A stretch of DNA of 63,275 nt, the filler included, from Phoronis australis (taxonomy: Eukaryota; Animalia; Phoronida): the NCBI GenBank assembly GCA_002633005.1. It is 7 parts of 7 records of this genome, joined end to end, with 100 filler letters (N's around TTAATTAATTAA, not from the genome) between each part and the next. Parts side by side here need not be neighbours in the genome. Positions count along the whole stretch, not along the records: positions 37,310 to 44,634 come from NMRA01002035.1; positions 44,735 to 47,764 come from NMRA01003268.1; positions 47,865 to 57,343 come from NMRA01001147.1; 4 more parts are not named here. One strand, given 5' to 3'. How positions within the stretch are numbered: the first letter of the stretch is position 1; every line of letters begins with the position of its first letter. A model generated the notes under the pieces. That model searched no databases, had not been told where the DNA came from, and saw only the letters and a list, made by a program, of their open reading frames with translations. This document shows positions 38,612 to 51,225 of the stretch, piece after piece. Position numbers and translations under genes: made by a program.

Positions 38612-39453
38612 GTAAGGAAGGAGCGTCTTATTGGTTCAATGGTTTCGAGAATTTCTAGAACTGTTTGTGGGATAGCTTATTGTTATCTATAGTCTTTGAG
38701 CGTTTTTAATTATTTGTGGAAAGAGATTTTAGATTAGGTTTACGATTCGTGTAGAGCGACCACAAACCGTCTTTAATTCGCCCTGAAAGCACGGTGTTGT
38801 TCAAAATATAAAAACTCGCCCAGATTATTTCATGAAGAAAGCGAAACAAACCGCAGTAAATGATTGACTACTGGACTACCGATTTTTTCTAGAATAGTTA
38901 CACAACTGCTGTGTGCAAGTTCATGGAATTTGTATCTTCTGAGCGATGACTGCACGAAATGTTCTTAAAGCGGTTACAAAACAAGACCGGCGTTACGTCC
39001 AAGAAACATAATTTAGATCACTTACCGCTATATAATAGGTCTCAACTTGCCAATTTTTTAGATGAAAATGATTTCTGGATTTGCGAATAACTATCAATTC
39101 GTTTTTCCCCGAGACCATGCTCGGGGTATAGAATAACAAGCCGTGGCAAGTCTTGCAGAGCTTGTACTGGTCTCGAGCGAATAACAAATTGTCATTTTTT
39201 TCAAAGGCTTGCTGAAATCGCCTCCAATTTAACTAGGAACAGTGGGAGACCAAATTGATAACGATGACTGATCTAAATCAAGATATGTTTATTGTGATGG
39301 CAGGGTTATAGCCCCTTCAAATGTAACTCTTCCCATTAACTAGCTGAAATCGCCTCCAATTTAGCTAGCGATCAATGGGAGACCAAATTGATAAATATAC
39401 GAGCACTGGTGTCGACATACAACTGTGATATAAAGCCAACGCGTCTTACTTAA

Positions 39454-39569
39454 AGGCGAAGGCAACCTTTTTCCATGTCATTTTGAGCTAAAATAAGGTT
39501 GGTTGGTTATCCTAGACATATTTTCCACTTAATTACAGCTTTTCGTAATTTTATAGATTACTCGTCCGC
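39454..39569. mobile_element. Solo TIR fragment of the 20241 Kolobok family
   Basis: TTAA|AGGCGAAGGCAACC... near-identical to the 20241/21804 TIRs for ~115 bp. Confidence 0.9.
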
Positions 39570-40259
39570 ACATCGTGATGGTAAGTTAAGGGGTATCTTC
39601 GCTTGGTCACGGTTACTTAGATCTCAAGGGAGCTGGCATCAACCACTTTTGGTGTGTTGAAATTTGTACAGTTTGAAAAATTGACAGCAGTGGAAAACGT
39701 CGTTTGACTGTCTTTTCGCAAACGTTGTGAGTGAAATTTGACATAATTTTGTTGTTCAAACTACTACTTCCTTGTTCTGTGACAACTTATCTGTGGTTAT
39801 GGAGTTTGATCACGTGTTCCGTAAAATGATTAATTGTTACCATCTAGTTGGGTTAAAGGTTAGTTACTCCGTACAATTCTATGGTTCATGTTAGGTCAAT
39901 TAACGCTTGTTCCGCTTTAGGTTTATGCCTAGAGCAGTATCAGAGATCCAGTTCATGAAATCGGCTAACGTCAGTTTATGCCTTACTTCTTCAGTCATCT
40001 GCTTGGCCATCTAAAAACAATAATGTCTGTCATTTCTTCGCCAGATAAACTAGATAAAGAGTTGTAAGTTTAACGAGTTTAATTCGCAGCCGACAACACA
40101 ACGAGGTGGAACCAGAAGGGCTCTCACCAAACACAGTCGTACGAATAACAATGCAATGGCGTGATTGCCTCTTTTGTCACAGAAAATGAGGTAAACTTAC
40201 ACTAAGAACGGGTAGTAGAAAACAAAAATAGTAAACACAGGGCTAATAAGTTACTATGG

Positions 40260-43200
40260 CGTTAACAAAGTACAAAGTAGCTAAAATCAGTGATAAAGCC
40301 AATCGTCCGTTTGCCAATGAGGTTTATGGCGCAGCCGTTGCGATCTTCTCTGGGCCTCTGGATGAGCAGGGAAGACGGGGGGTTCAACAGCAGGCGTTGT
40401 CGTAAAACCAAGCTGGCGGGATGCATCAGGGGGTGGAACGATGGTGGATGGCACAGCTGGGGCGGCAAGTGGGCCACGTGAAGATAGTACACCGTTGTTG
40501 CACCATGGAGCTAGATCGCAGGACGAGGGCAATGATGAAACGGATACTGGAACAGCGGAAGACGGCGGGAACTCGTCGCTGTCATCGTGGCCAAAAGGGG
40601 CAGTGACAGGTGATGCAGCTGGAATGTCAGTAATCTCTGACGGAGCACGGTAACACTCGTTGCGTTTGACACGGTAAGAAGCATTACGGAACTGATCTCC
40701 AGAAAGTTTCCGAACACTATGGTTGGGATTCTTGATGCGTCCGATCTCAATTGAAATGCGATGATGTTCTAGGAGTTTGTCCTTTTGAAGAGCCTGAAAA
40801 CCTGAAGCCGGATTTGTACGGATAACTGCACGAGGGCCGTCTAACGAGCGCAGTTCGAGACACATTTGGAGAAGACCATTTCGAAGATCCTCGTGGCGTT
40901 CAGTAGCAATGATACAAGCCGCTGTGTAAGAAGAGACGCACTCTCGGAGTACCAAAATCCAGGAAAAGAGCGCATTGAACAACATTGATGGCACATGCGT
41001 GTGCAACGATCAATGGCAAACTCTAAATCAAGTGCAAAGAAGTATCGTTGGGTAACAAGTTTCAGTTGATGGGAGGTGGGGTGATCCAGCCGTAAATAAA
41101 GTGCAATGAGTAAGCCGTCCAAGATAGGACGTGGAACGATGATGCGTTCTTCATAAGCGACGAGAGGCTTGACTAGCCGAGCTACAAGTAAACCATCTGA
41201 CGTGATAGTGGCGACGTTGAGATAGCGTTTGACATCTAGAGCGTTGGTGTCTCTCTTGGAGGGCCGCGTCCCTTGGTTGAGATGAGAGTGTACTCGCCGT
41301 AACTCGGGAGACTCGGACTGAAGGGATAACCAAGATGACCTCGTGGTGAACGGAAGTTTGTGTTCTCCCTGAAGGACCTCGGCAGCAGTCGCATGGAGCA
41401 CCACACAATCTTCCAGAGTGTTCACGAAAAGGCACACTTGGCAAGAAGTGTCGGTGCACTCTGGGCTATGGCAACTCGCAAAGTCGGAGACGATATTAGT
41501 GGCACCAGATACGTGACGAACGATAGCCTGATAGCTAGAAACGGTGGAGAGAAACGTCGACACGCGAGGACTGACTGAGAATTCGCCCCTGCAGAGTTTC
41601 TCAAAAGCTTGTACACAAGGCTTGCTGTCAGTAAGTGTGATAGCAGGATGCGCTGACTGAATCGGATAAGGGCTAAAATGTTTCACGGTAGCAGCAATGG
41701 CGAGAGCTTCAATTTCGCATGGGAGCCAAGTAACTTGACGTGATTTCAGTTTCGCACTGAAGAAGCCGCAGACACGTGGCGTGTCCTCACGAGAGAGATA
41801 CAGTGTACCAGCGATGCCCGGGTGTTTAGCGGAGGCATCCGTGACTATCCACAGCTGATCGTCCGGTCTGGGTAGAGTGATAGTTTTATGCGTGGACAAT
41901 GCCTTTTGGGCTGAGGTGAAGGCAACATGTAACTCATCGGTCCAGGTAATGCGGTCTTTGGAATCGCATCCCGATATAGCGGAGTCCAGTGGGGCGATGA
42001 AAGAAGCACAGTAAGGCAGGACTCTCGACACAGCTTTCACGGCTCCGCTGAAGGATCTCATTTGCCGAACAGTGCCAGGTTTGGGACAAGACGAGAGAGC
42101 AGCTATCCGATGTGAGCTAGCTTGTAAAGTACCCATCTCCCAAATCCAGCCGAGGACTTCTGTGCGTCGTGGGGCTATGACTGTCTTTGTAGAAGATAGA
42201 CGGAGATCCGCCGTGGACAATGCATATAGCACCCTTTTCCAGTTGGTAATCAACTCTGTGATAGTCTGACCACCACAGTATAGGTCGTCAGCGAGCTTGG
42301 TGACGGCTCCTTCTTCCAAAAGCTCTCCCAATACACGACACGTCAACTCTTCCAAAGCGGTTTCCGAACCGGGAATACCTCGGAAAGGTGTGGATAGGCC
42401 TAAGCCACAATATCTCATGGACTCTCGTGACAAAGGAATTTGATAGAAGGCACTCGTAACATCAGTCTTGATGATGAACTTCCAACGGAGCAATCTTCCG
42501 AAGCACGGAATCTACGTCAGGCATGAGAGATGGTTGGGGCTTGGCGTACAGGCCGACGTCTGAAAATGCTGTAACTAAGCGAAAACCTCCGTGGGGTTTC
42601 TTGACTAGAAACGAGGGATTAAGATATTCTACTGTAATACCAACATCCTCTGGACGGGCGAATACTCCCAGGAGCTCCAGTTCGTTGAATTTTTGTTGCA
42701 ATTCCAGGAGCTTGTCCTTGGAGTATTGGGGGAGGCGACTTTTCCTATGTGGAGGTTGCGTAGGACCCATGTTGACAACGGCCTCAAACGGGCCTGCGGC
42801 GCCGTTGTACCCAGGGTATTGCGGATCAAATGCATGAGCAAATTCTCGATGCAGGGCGTGGAACCTGTCCCGATCTGCAGCATGCAGAATATTGTCGAGA
42901 TCAACGGCAACAAAGCGATGATGATCCAAGGTAGTTTTGGGGGATGAGATACATTGGGAAGCTGTCGGGGATCCAGATGGAACCTCTGAAGGAGTGAACA
43001 CGGCGTGTACCTGGCAAAACTGCTCATCTCGTCGCAAAAATCGTGGTTCATCGGTGTTGTTAAACAGGCGAATTTGGCCTTTAGTCGGAGCAAGAATGGC
43101 GGGTTGTGGCCATAGCTGGGAAACACCCGTGGAGCGGAGGCTAATGCTGTCGTAGCGAGGTTCGATTGCAAGATGTTCTTCAGGATCGGTAAAATCGGAC

Positions 43201-44628
43201 GTGGCCTCCAACTCAAGACAATCACCAGGCCAGATGGCTGTCGCGTGAGGTGGAGCACGTAATACGTGGAACAGTCGTGCTGTGGGTCGTGGGTATTGGT
43301 TTACGGGTTGGCCATAAGTGCATGTAGATCCGTCGGCCAACCTTACGAGCAGGTCGTACTGAAATGTCGTTGTAAGTCATAAATGGGGTTGCTGCCAAGA
43401 CGTCTACGTCAAGAGACTCGATAACAAGACCGTGAAAAACGAAGGAATGCTTGTCACGTGTGAAGACAAGTCGAGTTTCCCCCACAACGTGTAGAGTAGA
43501 TGTACCATCGGCTTGGAAGGCGGTTTGGGAATTTTTACGAACTTTCGCGCCCAACGAACCTGCACACGATGCGCTAATCATGTTTCCTGTGGCTCCACAA
43601 TCAAATGTCAAACGAACCGGGGTTTGACCTACAAATGTGTCGTGATAAGGAGACTGGACTATGTGGACGCGAAGCGCGACAGCGGAGTCAGGGCAGAACT
43701 GCTCGCAAGATATTGTGTCTTGAGCGAAGTCCTCCTCGTCAACGTCGGTGGACCGCGCCTTGAAAAAGGAGCGCTTGTCGTCAGGTGGGAGGAACGGGCA
43801 CCGAGACAAGAAGTGGTCTGAGGGAGTGTGGCGGGCCGTGGTGCATAAGACGCTCGACGGGGTTCTACGGTGGCGAGGGGGGTTTGTATTCGAGCTGGTT
43901 ATGTGCATGGAGCGAGTGTCCTCGATGCACCTAAGCTCATCAAGTAGTGAGTTCATAGCTTGAGAAATTTCAGTCTTGATGGAGGCAAGGGACTTGTTGC
44001 GCAACTCCGCGCCATATCGTTGCTTAACAAGTTGGGGTAAACCTGGGTTGACCATCTGTAACCATAAGAACACAATAGTATTTTCGAGGGAGGGAGTCAT
44101 GTCTTCGTCGATGTCGACAGCCTCGCCATGATGCGTTATGCCACACCCAACGGTGAGTAAGTTATCCTCAAAAAAGGCAGTGAGGCGCTGGAATAGGTCT
44201 TCATGACGTTCATTTGGATCTAATGATATGAGTCCCAGGTCTAAGAAATGTGCTCCTGTGGAAGCGAATCCGAAATGTTGGCGGATTTTCTGCCAAATGT
44301 CCTGGACAGAGGTGGATGACTTCATGATAGAATTACCGGATATGACGGGACAAAAATTGGCAATTTGTCCCAGCATGAGCTCTAAATGAGCCAGTTTCAT
44401 GTGAGCAGAACGCCGTTGCGGTTTTGGGGTGTCATCGGGGTCGTCGGTCAGACACACGCAGTGGAGCAGCGGTTGTCTTTTTTTAGCCAGCTAACGCCAT
44501 CGACAAGAAATGGCGCAGTGAGGGTCCAATGAAAGGATGTATAATAAATTCTCCCTCCAGCTATCAAATGAAGTAATGGTCTCATTTTTAGTGAGCGGCC
44601 ATTGTTTTGGAGCTCGGGTTGTAGCCAT
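40260..44628 (-). mobile_element. Ty3/Gypsy LTR retrotransposon internal region (gag-PR-RT-RNase H-partial IN), frameshifted; 5' end at the gap; LTRs not identified
   Basis: Gag start [24 protein letters not shown] (ATG at 44628). Protease LTFDCGATGNMIS. RT FLVKKPHGGFRLV, KTDVTSAFYQIPL, KLADDLY. RNase H IVTDAS and EIEALAI. Integrase Zn finger DHP...CHQC, with the core largely deleted. Confidence 0.93.
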
Positions 44629-45258
44629 GTCGCTNNNNNNNNNNNNNNNNNNNNNNNNNNNNNNNNNNNNNNNNNNNNTTAATTAATTAANNNNNNNNNN
44701 NNNNNNNNNNNNNNNNNNNNNNNNNNNNNNNNNNGACGTCAAGCATATCAGTTAAAACAAAGGTCGGGGGATTGAAGTAATGTACTTGACGGCCTTTGCA
44801 CACGATGCAGTGGCGTTGTGATCCTGAGTATGATTGGTTTTTATGTACCTCAGTCGTTGCTGGTCATCTCTTAGAACTAAAGTAAAACTCTATTTTACAT
44901 AGTTTGTATCGACCAATAATTCTCGTAACTCGAAACCAGCTAATTAACATGTTGTCAGATGTTGTTTGCAGGTGTTCCAATTTTTTCTGCCACCTTATCT
45001 TGATTAGAAAATTTTAGCTTTGATAAATAGCGGAAGTAAACTCTACATTGAAATCTTGAAAACGTTGAGAATTGTTACCTTTTCTTCATTGCCCCTAATT
45101 TAAGGATCGTGTATGTATTTTCATTCAGTTTTCAGATACATTATTGGAAAATATCTCAACTAAAAGACGAGCTCACAGTAAAGATAGACTGACAGAACAA
45201 GAGTGAGTGAACAAAATCTGTGAATGCACCAACATAAAAACCAACTTTTATGTTACAG

Positions 45259-45492
45259 GCTTTTCAAGACAGATTTCGCAAAATAATGGACTCGTCACAA
45301 AACTTGTACAATGAAGACACAACGTCAATGACTTCAAAACTTGACGAAATGGAAAGGCATCTGTTTAAGAAAGGTCAGAAGGGGCTGAATGACTTTCAAT
45401 TGTGGGAAACAAGAGCTACTGAAAAGTTGAAAACTTCAGAACTGGTTTTGAATCACAGAAAAAGGAAGCGAGCAGCCCTGGATGGAGAGTAA
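45259..45492 (+). CDS. GINS3: Last coding exon of GINS complex subunit 3 (PSF3)
   Basis: AFQDRFRKIMDSSQNLYNEDTTSMTSKLDEMERHLFKKGQKGLNDFQLWE...NHRKRKR matches the metazoan PSF3 C-terminus. TTACAG acceptor and TAA stop. Upstream exons are not on this contig. Confidence 0.9.
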   Translation, partial: AFQDRFRKIMDSSQNLYNEDTTSMTSKLDEMERHLFKKGQKGLNDFQLWETRATEKLKTSELVLNHRKRKRAALDGE

Positions 45493-45494
45493 TG

Positions 45495-45782
45495 AATATC
45501 TGTTTGTGGTGAAGTATCAATGTTGAGGAATTTATCATCAACTATGAACATTGATTTATTTGTACGTAGTGGAGTATCAGTGTTGATGAAGTTATCAACA
45601 ACTATGAACATTGATTTATTTGTACGTAGTGGAGTATCAGTGTTGAGGAAGTTATCAACAACTATGAACATTACTTTATTTGTACGTAGTGGAGTATCAG
45701 TGTTGATGAAGTTATCAACAACTATGAACATTAATTTATTTGTATGTAGTGGAGTATCAATCTTGAGAAAATTATCAACAGC
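45495..45782. repeat. 60-bp minisatellite (~4.5 copies) immediately after the GINS3 stop codon
   Basis: ACTATGAACATTGATTTATTTGTACGTAGTGGAGTATCAGTGTTGA(T/G)GAAGTTATCAACA repeated. Confidence 0.92.
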
Positions 45783-46056
45783 TTTGAATGATACGTTGTT
45801 CATTTTCAATTTTTAAGTTATTTTCCACAAAAGTAGACTGTAAATAGAACTTTTTTCAACTTTAATTCTGAGCACAAGTTCTTGAATCAGACAAAAACAG
45901 AGCAGGGGGTCTGATGCACGTTGTATCAGATGTTCATAGGCCACTCAGCCGGGCCTCAATCCATTATTTGTTAATAAACTCAAATAACACATGTAAAACG
46001 TACTCAGATTAAGAAAGAAATGAGGAGCTACAAATCCGACTTTGGGTCTAGCAGTG

Positions 46057-46122
46057 GGTTCTAGTGGGATTTGAACCTACAGCCCTGTGAATAGGAGATA
46101 GACACTCAACCCACTGGGAACC
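46057..46122 (-). mobile_element. tRNA-derived SINE head or tRNA pseudogene
   Basis: Minus strand GGTTCCCAGTGGGTTGAGTG...GTAGGTTCAAATCCCACTAGAACC, with A-box-like and B-box (GGTTCAAATCC) motifs; no convincing full cloverleaf. Confidence 0.5.
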
Positions 46123-47864
46123 ATACATATGACTGTACTTTTTGTGTTATAGAACTTTCATGTAATATGGCAATTTCATTTGTTTAAGCACAAAAATTTA
46201 ATGAAAAATATGTTTAAATAAGATCAATGTGTTCTCATTTTGTGAACATAAAAACGACATGAAAAATTAAGTTTCAATTTTTATTGCATTTTTCCCAAAT
46301 CAAACATAACACAATGGTACTGCAATGACGAGATGCAGCATAATTTAAAGGGGAATTTCCTTTCTACATACCACCAAAGCTCGAGCATATAAATAAAAAA
46401 ATTAAAAATGAATTACTGGGGTTAATTTACTTAAACCAAGTTGATCTCATAACTTGCCCTGTGTACTTATTGATTTGTGTCAACAATAAGAAGGAAAGAC
46501 CACCTGCCATCGACAGGAAGCAACCCAATTTTGGAAAGGCTGGTCAACACTATCACAGTGTATGGCTTTTTAAAACACTTTTATTTATTTTTCTTGGCAA
46601 TGCCTAAAGTGATTTGTTGGTAATCATTTCATATTTTACTGCGTGATTACTAATGCTTCCGTCCTCTGACTGGCAAAACACAGTTTGATAACTTCCGTTA
46701 TGAGGTAATGTTGACCAAGCTTGACATGGCATCCACACAGTGTCCTTGTTCAAGATCTGACCAATCAAGATGACAAATCACAAACTCCTGACAACAAAGT
46801 GAGCAGACGGTAACCTCAGTCCAGATATCGCCACCTTGATAAGTCCATGTTTTTGTATTACAATATAGAAAAGATTAATTTTATGTGGTAGAGCAATCTA
46901 ACTAAAGATTTGCAATTTAGGTAGTTGGTAAAAAGGAAAATTCTCTTTAACAGCACAAGACACACAGAAGCCATATTAAAAGGAATGGTACGCAGGACGC
47001 AGTGAACAAAAACAACGTAATATAACAATAACAGCACTATAATTTAACCACATATCAAAACCAAATTCTTAAGTTAAGCTGCCATTTAACAAAATTATGC
47101 AATCCATTAATAAAAAAGTTCTAATAACAACAGCCTTTAATCACCTTGCCACGATTTCAATTGTTAACAACCAGCACTCATGACATCTACATTGTGAGAT
47201 ATTGATGTCATACATGGCTGAGTTCTGTAAGGCTGGTTTCTTGCAAGTTTGGCACACTTCAGCCTGTCTTTGGTTAAATATGAATTCATATCATGCTGAT
47301 TATAAAAGATGGTCAATTTGATGTTGGTTTGATCATTTTTCATAGCATCATTCATGGTAGAACTCTTAATCATTGCTCAGTGATAAATCATAAATTATCA
47401 CAATTGTAGATAAATCTTGTATGATAAACTATATCGAGCCTTAACATGAATTCTAATGACAAATGCATCATATACCACACATAGAAATGCGTGTGTAGAG
47501 GACAGCCACGCTCAAGTTTCACCAGCAAATGTATAAACTTTGTGTAAACAAGCAAAATGGTCGCCACTTAAGTAATCATAGGAGAAAACTCAGCATTACA
47601 GCGCACGATACAGGCTTCAGCTGAATGAAACACCAAACATTACAATGTCAGTTATTACTGCCACTGACTTCTTTGATTAAACTCAAACCGATTTTGTTGT
47701 TGATACATGCATCCAGGTACATACATCAAGGTACATGCATCAAAGTACATACATCAAGGTACATNNNNNNNNNNNNNNNNNNNNNNNNNNNNNNNNNNNN
47801 NNNNNNNNTTAATTAATTAANNNNNNNNNNNNNNNNNNNNNNNNNNNNNNNNNNNNNNNNNNNN

Positions 47865-48115
47865 AAATGAAAGCAAATGACGACGGAACTCAACACAACC
47901 GAGGTTGAACAATGACTGACTCGTCAGCTCTCACAGTCAGACTATATGAAAAGAAATTGGCGCGAAATGCTTGCCTCCTAAAACGTCACTTCCGGAGTAG
48001 CGGACGAGTAATTAATAAAATTACGAAAAGCTGTAATTAAGTGGAAAATAGGTCTAGGATAACCAACCAACCTTATTTTAGCTCAAAATGAAATGGAAAA
48101 AGGTTGCCTTTGCCT
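47865..48115 (-). mobile_element. Terminal fragment (THAP-side end) of the 20241 Kolobok family, cut by the gap
   Basis: Reverse complement of ~20241-20486; ends TTGCCT|TTAA. Confidence 0.9.
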
Positions 48116-48358
48116 TTAACTAAATAGCAGCCACTGACTGACTGGATGGTGTTGCATTATGGGATAGAATTAATGAATTGAGAGATTGAATTCACTGTTT
48201 CCATTCCATAAGCTATCATTTCTTGCTGTGACTGCAAACTAATGTCTTGGAAGTTAACAGAACTCTGCCTTGAAGTCTGCTCAACATAACAGACATAATT
48301 GGTTCACAAACAACAGCCATTCAAAGCGACACACACACACATACACAGACAGACCTAC

Positions 48359-51225
48359 CTTGAGCTTCCTCAGTTTAGATTTGTTGTCAGCACACCAGGC
48401 TAGGCAGGGGGCCGTCTCACCATTGGCTAGTGACTCCTCCACTTGTTTGGAGACCAGGAACAGATCTATGTTGGTGAGGTCCTTAGATGGGAAAACAGAG
48501 ACATAGTGAACTCTACGACTATATGTAAGAATGATGTAGCATAGAAATGTTCTGGTTATAGCAGTCCAACCAGACTGCCACTAGATGTCACTGCAATTTT
48601 GCTTGGAAGTCATTAACATTTAGGTATTAACTAAAAATATTGCCCATCTTCAGTGAGGACATGACTGGTGTACTTACAGACAAGAACAATAATAAATGGC
48701 ACAACTTTCCCATCAATATTCAAAAGTATGCCTTTCTTCATTAAATGCACAAGTTAACGTTGCCCAGTGTGAGAGGTAATGTTTCATTGTAATGCCAAGA
48801 CCAGTGGACCGTAACCAATACCAATGCTATACAAAGTCCAACACAGTACTAACTGTGATATCTGAATGCTGGGCCAACTTGAGCGCTGTCTGGTAATATC
48901 CACAATGCAGGAAGTACTCAACGAGCATGCGGTCTAGTCGCTTCTTTTTCCACGTGGTTGCCACGGGCGATGAGAACTTCTCAAATTCCTTCAAGTGCGC
49001 AAGGCGTCGTTTACAAAGACGAGCTGTGTCCATAGTTCATCGCTAACGTTTTCATCAGGCTGTGCGAGGGAAAAGATATACACATAAATGTACACAAAAT
49101 AAAAAATTGCCCGTGTACCTTCACAGCACTCACACTAGCCAATGCTCAGCTATTAAACAGAGCTGAAGGTCCACCGGAGAACTTTTGACCACTCGGTGAA
49201 ATGGATATAAACCAAAAGAAAGAAAGGAACATTCTTTTTCAGTGGATTAGTACTAACCAAATCAAATTCCCTTGACACCTTCATTAGAAAACTGCAAACG
49301 GTCTTACCGGTTACATTTCGCTTTTTCTTACCTTCCTTTTACAACAACGAATCAAATCATCTGCCATCTTCTACTGTTAGTTTTTAACCTAATGACGTCA
49401 TGTAGTGAACCCAATGCCAGCCAATAAGCCCAGTGAATGCTTTAGTTCATGAGTTCACCAACAGGTTAAAAATGCAAATGGCGCAGTGACAAGTGAAAAG
49501 TATAAAAAGTCGAATCTACGAATGTTAAGGTTCTTCCGAAGGGCTTGATTTAAGTACACTTTTATATTTGCTGCATCATTTCTTAAGATAAATGTGTTCA
49601 CGTGATCGCAATTTCAATGCATGCAGGTTAATGTTTGACATGTAACTCGAGTGTGATGTGTATGGCACTTGATTCCACTCTCACTGTGGAGACTTCCAAC
49701 CCTATTTAAGGGTTAAAGTTTACTGACCACACTTATACCAGTGAGCATGAGACACTGACAACACAACACTCTCAACATTCACAAGACTTATTTCTATCTG
49801 CAAAACCGGTTTTGTTCCATTACAGGTACACAGTTATAGCAACCATAGTAACCATCTCGCCCGTACTGCATAACGTTAGGGTGAGTATATGGTTTGCACA
49901 TTACCTAGACGACCGTCAATGCATCTTCAGCCTGATTCAACAAGAACACAGAAGGAAAATCACCACAGCCAAAATGTTGAGCACACTTGTGTTAGATATG
50001 TTGAGAGTGATAGTGTGTGCCTTTAAGAGACATTGATAATTAAATTTGATACCCCATGTCTGAACCACCAAGACACGGGATAAGAACAAATAACTGAAAT
50101 TGTATGCTTAGTCTTATGTGTCTGTGTTTTGCAATATCTGCAAGTTCGTAGTTTTTTTGCAGTGGGCTGTTTTCCTGCCTGTTGTTTAAGATTTCTCTCC
50201 TCTGACGAATGTTCAGACGGAAGATCCAGGATTAAATGTATATATGTCTATTAGTATTTATGTATATGTTTTCCGCATTTTCACAATCAATGTCACACAG
50301 CTGTTGTATTGTTTAAACATACAAAAACACGCGACTATCAAAGTGTATGACAAGAGAACGAATTGGAATGGCCAAGTCAGGATTTATAAAAATGAAAACG
50401 ATATTAACATCAAGAAACATATCAATCACTCTCAGACTGCGACTCACAACTTGCTACATATATTCAATCCTTATGTACGGATGTGAGACATGGACTCTTA
50501 ATAAATCATTGGAAAGAAAGATCGAAGCGTCTGAAATGTGGATATTCAGAAGGATCGGAAGAATAAGCTGAACGCAGAAAATGACAAATGAAGACATGCG
50601 CAAACAAACAGGAGTCAAACCATCTTTTTTGTCCACCACCCAAAGTCGTAAATTGAACTTTTTTGGGCACACGGCAAGACACGAAAACATATAGAAAGAC
50701 ATACTATACAGTCACGTGGAAGGGAAAAGAGCAAGAGGACGACAATGATTAATGTAGAGGGATGACATCAAGACATGGACAAGATCAACGATGACAGAAT
50801 GCACCAGACTGGCAAACAACAGAGAGAGAGATGGAGGTCCTGTTCACATTGACCTCAAAGGAGATGACACCCGATGATGATGATAGAGCTCTGAGAAGGC
50901 TCCAATCCACAGAAACTATTGCAATGTTTAATACCACTTATTTAAACGAAAATTTACTGCCAACATAAAAATTACAGCACAGTAGATTTCAGAAATTTAA
51001 AGCCATATTAAACCCACACTTTATGTCAAACACCAAGTTTTGATTTAGGTAACATAACACTGCAAATTTGGTAATAGCATGAACTCTGAGCAAAATCACT
51101 GATAAACATAACTTGTGTTATCACATACCTTGCGTTTGAGAACAGATAATTTCTCAACAACATTATCCAACCAGGAAGTGACTCGACTGACATCTGCTGA
51201 GTTTTTCAAACAATTTTCCAGTTCA
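48359..51225 (-). pseudogene. MAEA: MAEA (CTLH/GID E3 ligase subunit) exons 51129-51225, 48854-49059 and 48359-48481; apparent frameshift, so either a partial pseudogene or an assembly error
   Basis: ELENCLKNSADVSRVTSWLDNVVEKLSVLKRK | PDENVSDE/DTARLCKRRLAHLKE...WKKKRLDRMLVEYFLHCGYYQTALKLA (LisH) | [41 protein letters not shown] (CTLH), with GT/AG borders. Confidence 0.85.
50340..50884 (+). mobile_element. 5'-truncated RTE-clade LINE 3' end with a (GAT)n tail
   Basis: RIGMAKSGF...YSILMYGCETWTL...IEASEMWIFRRIGRIS*...FFGHTAR...GKRARGR, ending GATGATGATGAT. Confidence 0.85.

Noticed and set aside
40290-43963. Many plus-strand ORFs over the Gypsy element
   Set aside because: Antisense shadows of GC-richer gag-pol sequence with no recognisable motifs.
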